Positions 57,218-64,000 of a stretch of DNA of 64,000 nt are shown here, piece by piece. Each line of letters starts with the position of its first letter. The stretch's first letter is position 1. The notes under the pieces were generated by a model. The model had not been told where the DNA came from and did no database searches. It was given only the letters and a program-made list of their open reading frames with translations. A program made the translations under genes and the position numbers. The stretch is from Actinophytocola sp. Its GTDB lineage: Bacteria > Actinomycetota > Actinomycetes > Mycobacteriales > Pseudonocardiaceae. The DNA lies in assembly GCF_036378875.1 (NCBI RefSeq), contig NZ_DASUVO010000140.1, forward strand, positions 30,864-94,863, read 5' to 3'.

Positions 57218-59197
57218 ATGGATGATTCCGTCGACCGTCGAACCTTCCTCGCCTCGGCCGTGCTCGGGTCCGCGGGCGTCGTGGCGGGCGTGAGCCTGCT
57301 CGGTGCGAGTGCCCCGGGTGCGACGGCCTCGGCGGCGACAGGCCGCGGACGATTAGCACCGTCCGCGGCGCCGAACTTCGGTCTCACCAAGTTCCTCGAC
57401 GCGCTGAGGATTCCGCCGGCGATCCGGTCATCCTCGCGACAGAACCTGGACGATCTCACGATCACGATGACCAATGCGCGGATACGGCTGCACTCGCAGC
57501 TGCCCGAGACCACGGTGTGGGCCTACGAGGGACAGTTCCCCGGCCCGACCATCGAGGTGCGTAGCGGCAGGCGGCTGCGGGTCGCGTGGACCAACGAGCT
57601 CGAGGGCACGGTCCCGCTCGTGGCGGTGCGGGCGCCGTTCGCGCAGCCGACACCGGCGAACGTGCCCGGCTACCGCAACCCGGACGGCAGCCTGCCCGCC
57701 GGGGTCGAGCTGATCGACGGTGTCGCCGAACTGCCGCCGTGGAACGTCGTGCACCTGCACGGCGCGCTGACGAACGGCGGCAACGACGGCTGGGCGCACA
57801 ACGGCATGCTGCCGGGGAGCACGCAGCTCACCGAGTACCCGAACCGCCAGGCGGCGACGGCACTCTGGTACCACGACCACGCGATGGCCGTGACGCGCTT
57901 CAACGTGTTCGCCGGTCTGGCCGGCATGTACCTGATCCGGGACGACGAGGAGGACGCGCTCGGACTCCCGGGCGGTGACCACGAGATCCCGCTGATCATC
58001 GCCGACCGCAACCTGGACACCGACCCCGCGACCGGCGCGCTCACCGGTCAACTGCTGTTCAAGTTCCAGTACCTGCCAGCGAACGGCATAGCTGCCCCCG
58101 TCACCGGCCCGTTCACCCTCGTCAACGGCGTCATCTGGCCGCACCTCGACGTCGAGAAGCGCTGGTACCGCTTCCGCGTGCTCAACGCGGCGAACGCCCG
58201 GTTCTTCCGTCTCAACCTGGTCGACGAGGCGGGCACCGTCCAGAACGACGCGGTCCGGATCGCGGGCACGGACTCCGGCCTGCTGCCCGCCCCGGCGCCG
58301 ATGCCCGCGGGCGGGCTGACACTCGCCCCGGCCGAGCGGGCCGACCTGCTGATCGACTTCAGCCGGTTCCCGGGGCAGCGGCTGCGTCTCGTCAACACCG
58401 GTGCCACGGTCGAGCCGGACATCATGGAGTTCCGCGTCGGGAACCAGGGCCAGCCCGACCCGTTCCAGTTGCCGGCCCGACTGTCCACATCGTACGTCCG
58501 ACTGGCACATGGCACGACCGTGCCGGAGGACCACGACGAGGTGTTCGTGGCGACGACCTCTGCCGGTGTGGCCGGCCGAGCGCACCCGGAGATGTGGGAG
58601 CTGACGGAGATCACCGACCCGGACGAGCTGCCGGAGCAGTTCCCTGCGGAGGGGGTCATCCAGCTCACCGACCCCGCGACGGGAAACGTGCGAACGTTCC
58701 GGAAGGTCGCGCGCCTGTTCGACGACACGACGACGATCTTCATCGACCGAGGCCGGTGGGTGGTGTGGAACCTGCTCCAGCTCGGCGGGGCCCCGCACCC
58801 GACGCACATCCACATGGCGCGGTTCCAGCTGCTGACCCGGCGGACCTTCACCGACCTGACGGCTTTCGACATCGCGGCCGGCGGCACCACCCGGCCGCTG
58901 CCCGCACCGAACGACGGCCCGCCGATCGAGAAGTACGAGGAGGGCTGGAAGGAAACCTTCAACCTGCGGCAGGGTGAGTGGATCACGGTCGCCGGCCAGT
59001 TCGAGGGCGCGACCGGCGAGTTCATGTACCACTGCCACATCCTCGACCACGAGGACGAGGGCATGATGCGCCCCTTCGTCGTACACCCCGCCGAGGTGGC
59101 CCGGTTCCACATGCACTCGGGTGGCTCCAACCACGGCGGGCATTCAGCCGCCTCCAGCAACACCGCGCCCTCGAGCGGCCACGGTGGGCACTCGTAA
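57218..59197 (+). CDS. Tat-exported multicopper oxidase (PhsA/CotA-like) with a His-rich tail
   Basis: DRRTFL twin-arginine signal; all four Cu motifs (VHLHG, WYHDH, HPTHIH, YHCHILDHEDEGMM); AGGAGA RBS. Confidence 0.92.
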   Translation: MDDSVDRRTFLASAVLGSAGVVAGVSLLGASAPGATASAATGRGRLAPSAAPNFGLTKFLDALRIPPAIRSSSRQNLDDLTITMTNARIRLHSQLPETTVWAYEGQFPGPTIEVRSGRRLRVAWTNELEGTVPLVAVRAPFAQPTPANVPGYRNPDGSLPAGVELIDGVAELPPWNVVHLHGALTNGGNDGWAHNGMLPGSTQLTEYPNRQAATALWYHDHAMAVTRFNVFAGLAGMYLIRDDEEDALGLPGGDHEIPLIIADRNLDTDPATGALTGQLLFKFQYLPANGIAAPVTGPFTLVNGVIWPHLDVEKRWYRFRVLNAANARFFRLNLVDEAGTVQNDAVRIAGTDSGLLPAPAPMPAGGLTLAPAERADLLIDFSRFPGQRLRLVNTGATVEPDIMEFRVGNQGQPDPFQLPARLSTSYVRLAHGTTVPEDHDEVFVATTSAGVAGRAHPEMWELTEITDPDELPEQFPAEGVIQLTDPATGNVRTFRKVARLFDDTTTIFIDRGRWVVWNLLQLGGAPHPTHIHMARFQLLTRRTFTDLTAFDIAAGGTTRPLPAPNDGPPIEKYEEGWKETFNLRQGEWITVAGQFEGATGEFMYHCHILDHEDEGMMRPFVVHPAEVARFHMHSGGSNHGGHSAASSNTAPSSGHGGHS

Positions 59198-59211
59198 CCA
59201 CTAACACAACG

Positions 59212-59248
59212 ACCGACCCGCAGTGCCCATGGGGCGCTGCGGGTCGGT
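59212..59248. terminator. Bidirectional hairpin terminator
   Basis: 17-bp stem ACCGACCCGCAGTGCCC / GGGCGCTGCGGGTCGGT (one G-T pair) with a 3-nt loop, between the convergent oxidase and P450 genes. Confidence 0.8.
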
Positions 59249-59271
59249 TCGGTCCTGGTCGGCGTACGCCT

Positions 59272-60534
59272 TTATGGTGCGTCCCAGGTGATCGGCAGTT
59301 CCTGCACGCCATAGGCGAGCATGTCGGGGCGCAGGGGGACCTCCTCTGGCGGCACCGTGAGGCGAAGATTGGGCAGGCGTCGCAACAGTTCGACGTAGCC
59401 GACCGCCAGCTCCATCCGGGCCAGTTGCTGGCCGAGGCACTGGTGCACGCCGTGGCCGAACGCCATGTGTGAGGTCCGCACCCGGTTCAGGTCCAGCTTG
59501 TCCGGCTCCTTCCAGTGCTCACTGTCCCAGTTGACGGCCAGCAGCGAGATCACCACGGTCGAGCCGGCCGGGATGTGCTCGCCGCCGAGTTCCAGGTCCT
59601 CCTTGGGGAACCGGAAGACTCCGGTGTTGCTGACCGACAGGAAGCGCAGCAGCTCCTCGACCGCGTCGCCGACGCGGGACGGGTCGTCGCGCAGCATGGC
59701 GAGTTGCTCGGGGCGCTGCAGCAACACGAAAATGCCCAGCCCCAACATTCTCGCCGTGGTTTCGAAGCCGGCGATGAGCACCAGGTTGATCATATTGATC
59801 AACTCGTCGTCGGTGAGCGCCGGATCGGCCCCTGCGTGGTGGATCAGGCCGGAGATGATGTCGTCGACCGGGTTCTCGCGCTTGTCCGTCACCAGCCGCT
59901 GTATGAACGCGCGCAGGGCTTCGTAGTTCTCCTGCGCCACCGTGATCGGCACGTCCATCTGCATCAGTGCCGCCGCGCGTTCCTGGAACTCCGCCCGGTC
60001 CTCGTAGCGCACCCCGAGCATCTCGCAGATCACCAGCGAGGGCACCGGGAACGCGAAGTCCGCCATCAGATCGGCGGTGTTTCCCTTGGCCAGCATGGCA
60101 TCCAGCTGCGCGGTGACGATCTCCTCGATCCGTTCGCCGAGTATGCGGATCCGGCGGACCGTGAACTGCCCGGTGAGCAACTTGCGGTAGCGGGAGTGCT
60201 CCGGCGGATCCATGTTGATGAACGACCCGGCGCGCGCCTTGTCGTCCCGCATCTTCGCCTTGGTTTCCTCGGACAGCTGTTTGAACCTGGGGTGGTAGGT
60301 GAACCGGTCGGCGGAGAACCGCGGGTCCGACAGCACCGCACGAGCCTCTTCGAACCCGGACACCAACCAGAACGGGTCACCGGTGGGCAGCGCCGCCTTG
60401 GTGATCGGGGTTCGCTCGTTCTGGTTCGCCAGGGCCGACGGCAGCGTGAACGGGTCTTCGCGGTAGAAGAACTCGAGGGGAAGCGGTGCGCGGAGTGATT
60501 CGCCGGCTGGCGGATTCTCGGTCTTCTGGGTCAC
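59272..60534 (-). CDS. rif16: Cytochrome P450 (CYP105 clan), Rif16-like
   Basis: IAGFETT, EELLR and FGHGVHQCLG. Distinctive segments (REDPF, YHPRFK, RDDKARAGSFINMDPPEH, LIHHAGADPALTDDELIN, C-terminal WDAP) match my recall of A. mediterranei Rif16. Coupled directly downstream of a split transketolase. Confidence 0.8.
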   Translation of the reverse strand: MTQKTENPPAGESLRAPLPLEFFYREDPFTLPSALANQNERTPITKAALPTGDPFWLVSGFEEARAVLSDPRFSADRFTYHPRFKQLSEETKAKMRDDKARAGSFINMDPPEHSRYRKLLTGQFTVRRIRILGERIEEIVTAQLDAMLAKGNTADLMADFAFPVPSLVICEMLGVRYEDRAEFQERAAALMQMDVPITVAQENYEALRAFIQRLVTDKRENPVDDIISGLIHHAGADPALTDDELINMINLVLIAGFETTARMLGLGIFVLLQRPEQLAMLRDDPSRVGDAVEELLRFLSVSNTGVFRFPKEDLELGGEHIPAGSTVVISLLAVNWDSEHWKEPDKLDLNRVRTSHMAFGHGVHQCLGQQLARMELAVGYVELLRRLPNLRLTVPPEEVPLRPDMLAYGVQELPITWDAP

Positions 60535-61460
60535 CGCGAAGCCTCCCCGTCCTCAAGGAAGCCGGTGATCGACTCGGCCAGGCTCGCGGCGTCCAGCCCG
60601 TGCAGCCGGTCGTGGTCCGCGGCACTTCCATAGGCGCGCACCTCCTGGTCCCGCCGGACACCGAGTGATCGCAGCCGGTGCGGCACGTCGCCGAGCGCCT
60701 CGGCCACCTCGTGCGCGGAGGTCCCACGCAGATAGGGCTCGACCATCACCACGTTCGGCGCCGATGCCACCACCGCCGAGCGCAGACCCGCGTGGTCGAA
60801 CGGCCGGACCGTGGACGCGTACAGCACTGTCACGTCCATAGTGGACGTCGCGGCGAGGACGGCCGCCAGCACCGGACCGACCGCGACCACCACACCGGCG
60901 CCACCCTGGCGCAGCACGGTGAACCCGTCCGAGAGCGGAATCGCCTCGCTGTGGACCTTGTCGGACAGTCGCAGGTAGACCCGGCCGTCACCGGCGATCG
61001 CCTTCCGCAGCAGCGGCTCGACCTCGTCCTCGTGGCCCGGCACGTGCACGGTCCAGCCGGGCACCGTGTCGAGCAGCGCCACGTCGCCGGGCGCCTGGTG
61101 GGTCCGGCCCCTCGGTATGTCGTCGTAGGAACTGCCGATGCCGACCAGCACGGCGCCGACGTCCTGGTGTCCGAGGCTGATCTTGATCTGCTCGAACGGC
61201 CGCTCGACCAGGAACGGCGCGTAGGTGTGCACCACCGGCCGGTACCCGGCCAGCGACAGGCCGCCCGCGATCCCGATCATCGCCTGTTCACGGATCCCGA
61301 CGTTGACCACCCGCTCCGGATACCGGGCCCGCGCCTCGTTGAAGAACGGTGACGAGATGTCCGCGGTCACCAGGGCCAGCTTGGAGTTGGTGGACAAGGA
61401 CTCGACCACGGTCTCGACGAAGACGAGACGCATCAGCTTTCGGGTCACCTGAGTGGTCAC
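60531..61460 (-). CDS. rif15b: Split transketolase, pyrimidine-binding/C-terminal subunit (Rif15b-like)
   Basis: VNVGIREQAMIG, HTYAPFLVERPFEQIK, THQAPGD and DRLHGLD; its stop overlaps the P450 start. Confidence 0.8.
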   Translation of the reverse strand: MTTQVTRKLMRLVFVETVVESLSTNSKLALVTADISSPFFNEARARYPERVVNVGIREQAMIGIAGGLSLAGYRPVVHTYAPFLVERPFEQIKISLGHQDVGAVLVGIGSSYDDIPRGRTHQAPGDVALLDTVPGWTVHVPGHEDEVEPLLRKAIAGDGRVYLRLSDKVHSEAIPLSDGFTVLRQGGAGVVVAVGPVLAAVLAATSTMDVTVLYASTVRPFDHAGLRSAVVASAPNVVMVEPYLRGTSAHEVAEALGDVPHRLRSLGVRRDQEVRAYGSAADHDRLHGLDAASLAESITGFLEDGEASR

Positions 61461-61533
61461 GACTGGTCCGCCTCCCCGGATTCAGATGTGTTGGTCACGT
61501 TGGGGAAGGCACGTCCTGTTGACACAGGAAGTG

Positions 61534-62223
61534 TCATGCCATTCCCCCCGCGCTGTCGTGGATCTCCGCGACCACGGCCTGTGGCCGCCCGTCGCGTGCC
61601 TGGGTCAGCGCCCGGTACAGCTCGTCGTGGTCGCGACCGTCCACAGTGGTCGTGAGCCAGTTCTCCGACTCGAAGCGCCTGGCGATGCCACCCGGCCAGC
61701 CGAGGCTCGCCGAGGAGTTGTCGATCACGATCGCGGTGAGCTGGTCGAGCCCGAGCCGCCCGGCGATCGCGATCGCCTCGTGGTTGCTGCCCTCGTCGAA
61801 CTCACCGTCGCCCAACATCACGACGACCCGGGCGCTGCGGCCGTCGGCACGCAGCCCGAGCACGGTCCCCACGCCGAGCGGGAGCCCTTGCCCGAGGGAG
61901 CCACTGCTGATCTCGACCCCGGGCACCAGCACCCGGTCCGGGTGCAGACCGAGCGGCGAGCCGAGCTTGGCCCAGGTGTTCAACTCGTCCGGGTCGATGA
62001 AGCCCTTCGCGGCGAGCACCGCGTAGTAGGGCATCGGCGCGTGGCCCTTGGAGAGATAGAACCGGTCCCGGTCGGGATCGTCGATGTTCGCCGGCGACAC
62101 GTTGAGCACGCGGTCGTAGAGCACCCAGATCGCGTCCTGCGTCGACGTCAGCGACAACATGTGCGCGTTGCCCCCGACCATCCTGTCGATGAAGCCTTGT
62201 AACGTCTGTTCTGTCGTCTGCAC
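61534..62223 (-). CDS. rif15a: Split transketolase, ThDP-binding N-terminal subunit (Rif15a-like)
   Basis: DRDRFYLSKGHA, GLHPD, SSGSLGQGL and GDGEFDEGSNHEA...VIDN ThDP motif. Start is GTG 62223 or TTG 62238. Confidence 0.8.
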   Translation of the reverse strand: MQTTEQTLQGFIDRMVGGNAHMLSLTSTQDAIWVLYDRVLNVSPANIDDPDRDRFYLSKGHAPMPYYAVLAAKGFIDPDELNTWAKLGSPLGLHPDRVLVPGVEISSGSLGQGLPLGVGTVLGLRADGRSARVVVMLGDGEFDEGSNHEAIAIAGRLGLDQLTAIVIDNSSASLGWPGGIARRFESENWLTTTVDGRDHDELYRALTQARDGRPQAVVAEIHDSAGGMA

Positions 62224-62365
62224 TGGTTCCACCTGCAACGCTTCCCGGGTTGTGGTGATCAGGCCGGCTTGCGGACCGTCAGGAGAAGTCCAGTCTTGCC
62301 CAGACCGCTCGTCCAGGACATCACCAACGTGGGTAGCGGTGGCAGGCCCCGGCACCGGCCAAGCC

Positions 62366-62383
62366 CTATCAGGTTGAGGGATG
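62366..62383 (+). promoter_or_regulatory. RifZ-type binding site, CTATC-N8-GGATG (one mismatch)
   Basis: CTATC AGGTTGAG GGATG in the divergent transketolase/glycosyltransferase intergenic region. Confidence 0.65.
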
Positions 62384-62528
62384 CTCGGCCGGTCGCCCCT
62401 TCCCTATCGTTCGAAAGCGGTGCCGTAACGCGCCCGCGCACGCCAGGGCGCGCGAGGCGGCGACACCGACGAGGTGGACGACGAGGTCGTAGCGAGCCAC
62501 CATCCGCACGGACTGCCGCCAGGAGGAC

Positions 62529-63683
62529 TTGTTGAAGGTCATCATTCTTTCCGGGATCACCCCCTCGACGTTCTTCGCTCATGTCTCGCTCGCAACGGCC
62601 CTGCGCGACGCCGGGCACCAGGTGATGGTGACCGCCGCCGCCGACGACGTGATCCCGAGCATCGCGGCGGCCGGGCTCCCCGCCCTACCGGTCATGGAGC
62701 CGGGACTGACCCGAGAGCAGATCTTCGCCGAGGCCGGGCTGGCACGGGTGCCGGAGGACGCCGTCGAACGTGAGTACATGGCGGGTCGGTGGTTCGCGCT
62801 CATCGAGACCAAGCCGCTCGACGCCCTCCTGGCGTTCGCCAAGGACTGGCGCCCGGATGTCGTCGTCGGGGGCATGCTGGCCTATGGCGCGCCGCTGCTG
62901 GCGGCCCGTCTCGGGGTCCCGTACGTGCGGCAGGCCTGGGACATCCACAACCCGAAACTGTTCGACGCGGGGGCGGCGTTCCAGTTGCGGGAGGCGTTGG
63001 CGGAGCTGGGGCTGGACGGCCTTCCCGAACCCGACATGATGATCGAGGTCATGCCGCCGAGCCTGCGCACACCGGAGACCAAGCCCGCGCAGGCGATGCG
63101 GTGGATCGCGGGCAACTCGCAGTGTCGCCTGGAACCGTGGATGTACACCAAGGGTGCGGACACCCGGATCGGCGTCACCATCGGGACGGGAGTGGCGGAC
63201 TACAACCAGTACGACTTCGTCGAGGGCATCGTCAAGAACATCGCCACCCTCGACGTCGAGGTGGCGGTGGCGGTCCCCCAGGCCGCCGTCCCCGTCCTGC
63301 GGGAACGCCTGGACGAGAACGTCCCGGTGGGCTGGGCCCCGCTCGACGTCCTCGCACCCACCTGCGATGTCCTGGTGCACCAGAGTGGTGGCAGCACCAT
63401 GATGACGGCGTTGAGCTTCGGGGTGCCTCAGATCCTGCTCCCCGACGCCGGGCAGTTCCGCCAGGGCGACATGGCACGCCGCCTCGTCGAGGCCGGCGCC
63501 GCACTGACACTCTCCCACGAGCAGGCCACGACCGAGATCATCGCTGAGACCTGCCAAGAGATGATCTCCAACCCGAGCTACGCCGCGGCCGCGGCCGGGC
63601 TCGCCAAGGAGATCGCCGCGCTGCCCCTGCCATCCGAGGTGGCCAGGCGCATCGAGTGGCTCGTCCACGAAACGTCCGCATGA
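62529..63683 (+). CDS. GT1 natural-product deoxysugar glycosyltransferase (UrdGT2/EryCIII-like)
   Basis: AGGAGG RBS + TTG; LATALRDAGHQV, WRPDVVVG, GWAPLDVLAPTCDVLVHQSGGSTMMTALSFGVPQILLP. Confidence 0.9.
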   Translation: MLKVIILSGITPSTFFAHVSLATALRDAGHQVMVTAAADDVIPSIAAAGLPALPVMEPGLTREQIFAEAGLARVPEDAVEREYMAGRWFALIETKPLDALLAFAKDWRPDVVVGGMLAYGAPLLAARLGVPYVRQAWDIHNPKLFDAGAAFQLREALAELGLDGLPEPDMMIEVMPPSLRTPETKPAQAMRWIAGNSQCRLEPWMYTKGADTRIGVTIGTGVADYNQYDFVEGIVKNIATLDVEVAVAVPQAAVPVLRERLDENVPVGWAPLDVLAPTCDVLVHQSGGSTMMTALSFGVPQILLPDAGQFRQGDMARRLVEAGAALTLSHEQATTEIIAETCQEMISNPSYAAAAAGLAKEIAALPLPSEVARRIEWLVHETSA

Positions 63684-63709
63684 CACCGGAACGGACACAG
63701 GAGGTGGCG

Positions 63710-64000
63710 ATGCGGTTCAACGCTTTGCGGGTCGCGGTCGCGGCGATGGTGGCCCTGTCCTTGGCTGTGCCGGCTCAGGCCAGCCAGCGGCAGGAGGAGC
63801 CGGTTTCGCTGGTGGGCAAGAAGATCCTGTTGGCCAACGACGACGGCGTCCAGGCGGCGAACCCCAACGGATCGGACGGCCGGGGCCTTTACGTGCTTCG
63901 GCGGGCGTTGTGTCGTGCTGGCGCCGACGTGGCGATCGTCGGACCATGGACACAACAGAGCGGACGAAGCCGGGCCACGTCGGGGGCCGGCGTCGTGTCC
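63710..64000 (+). CDS. surE: Secreted SurE-like acid phosphatase/nucleotidase, truncated by the window end
   Basis: Manual translation: MRFNALRVAVAAMVALSLAVPAQA (signal peptide)...KILLANDDG...QQSGRS, the SurE NDDG and QSG motifs. Confidence 0.75.
   Translation, partial: MRFNALRVAVAAMVALSLAVPAQASQRQEEPVSLVGKKILLANDDGVQAANPNGSDGRGLYVLRRALCRAGADVAIVGPWTQQSGRSRATSGAGVVS

Noticed and set aside
57218-59197. Actinomycin-type phenoxazinone synthase role
   Set aside because: No NRPS or 4-methyl-3-hydroxyanthranilate genes in the window; only fold-level similarity is supported.
60531-62223. Housekeeping transketolase or DXS
   Set aside because: Split, short subunits coupled to a P450, with no pentose-phosphate or MEP genes nearby.
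53091-63683. Reading the right-hand block as an erythromycin-type macrolide cluster
   Set aside because: The EryK-like P450 and EryBVI-like dehydratase fit, but the coupled split transketolase-Rif16 trio, the Orf20-type acyltransferase and two RifZ-type boxes fit a rifamycin-type pathway better.
1-64000. rRNA, tRNA, CRISPR arrays, IS elements, integrases, prophage genes
   Set aside because: No such motifs, spaced repeat arrays or terminal inverted repeats were seen by eye. tRNAscan-SE and Infernal were not run, so small ncRNAs are not excluded.

Overview
High-GC actinomycete DNA; the gene repertoire suggests a Pseudonocardiaceae-like organism, but the taxon cannot be fixed from sequence alone. 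No rRNA, tRNA, CRISPR array or recognisable transposase was seen. Left to right: (1) 1-31 kb is an accessory region with stress genes (USP, CBS, Acg remnant), a translationally coupled patatin-glycosyltransferase operon, an orphan SdhA-like flavoprotein, regulators (ECF41-like sigma, tandem LysR, AfsR/SARP-BTAD), a FAD-oxidoreductase::MDMPI fusion operon, and many frameshifted or deleted genes. (2) 31.1-41.0 kb is a minus-strand operon of the MSMEG_0565-0572/Nit1C type. It has two carbon-nitrogen hydrolases, one lacking the catalytic Glu and Cys, an extra amidohydrolase and IlvD/Edd dehydratase, and a collapsed MSMEG_0570/nitG remnant. (3) 41-52 kb holds a secreted Ntn acylase with a TetR gene bracketed by twin operators, plus envelope genes. 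(4) 51.8-64 kb looks like the edge of a rearranged rifamycin-type (ansamycin) biosynthetic cluster: Rif15a/b- and Rif16-like genes, an Orf20/PapA5-type acyltransferase, an NDP-hexose 2,3-dehydratase and a glycosyltransferase. Both of its divergent promoters carry a CTA(C/T)C-N8-GGATG RifZ-type box. It also has genes I do not recall from the canonical rif cluster: a Tat-exported multicopper oxidase, an EryK-like P450 with an amidase, and a secreted SurE-like phosphatase. All family assignments come from motif reading and recall; no database search was run.
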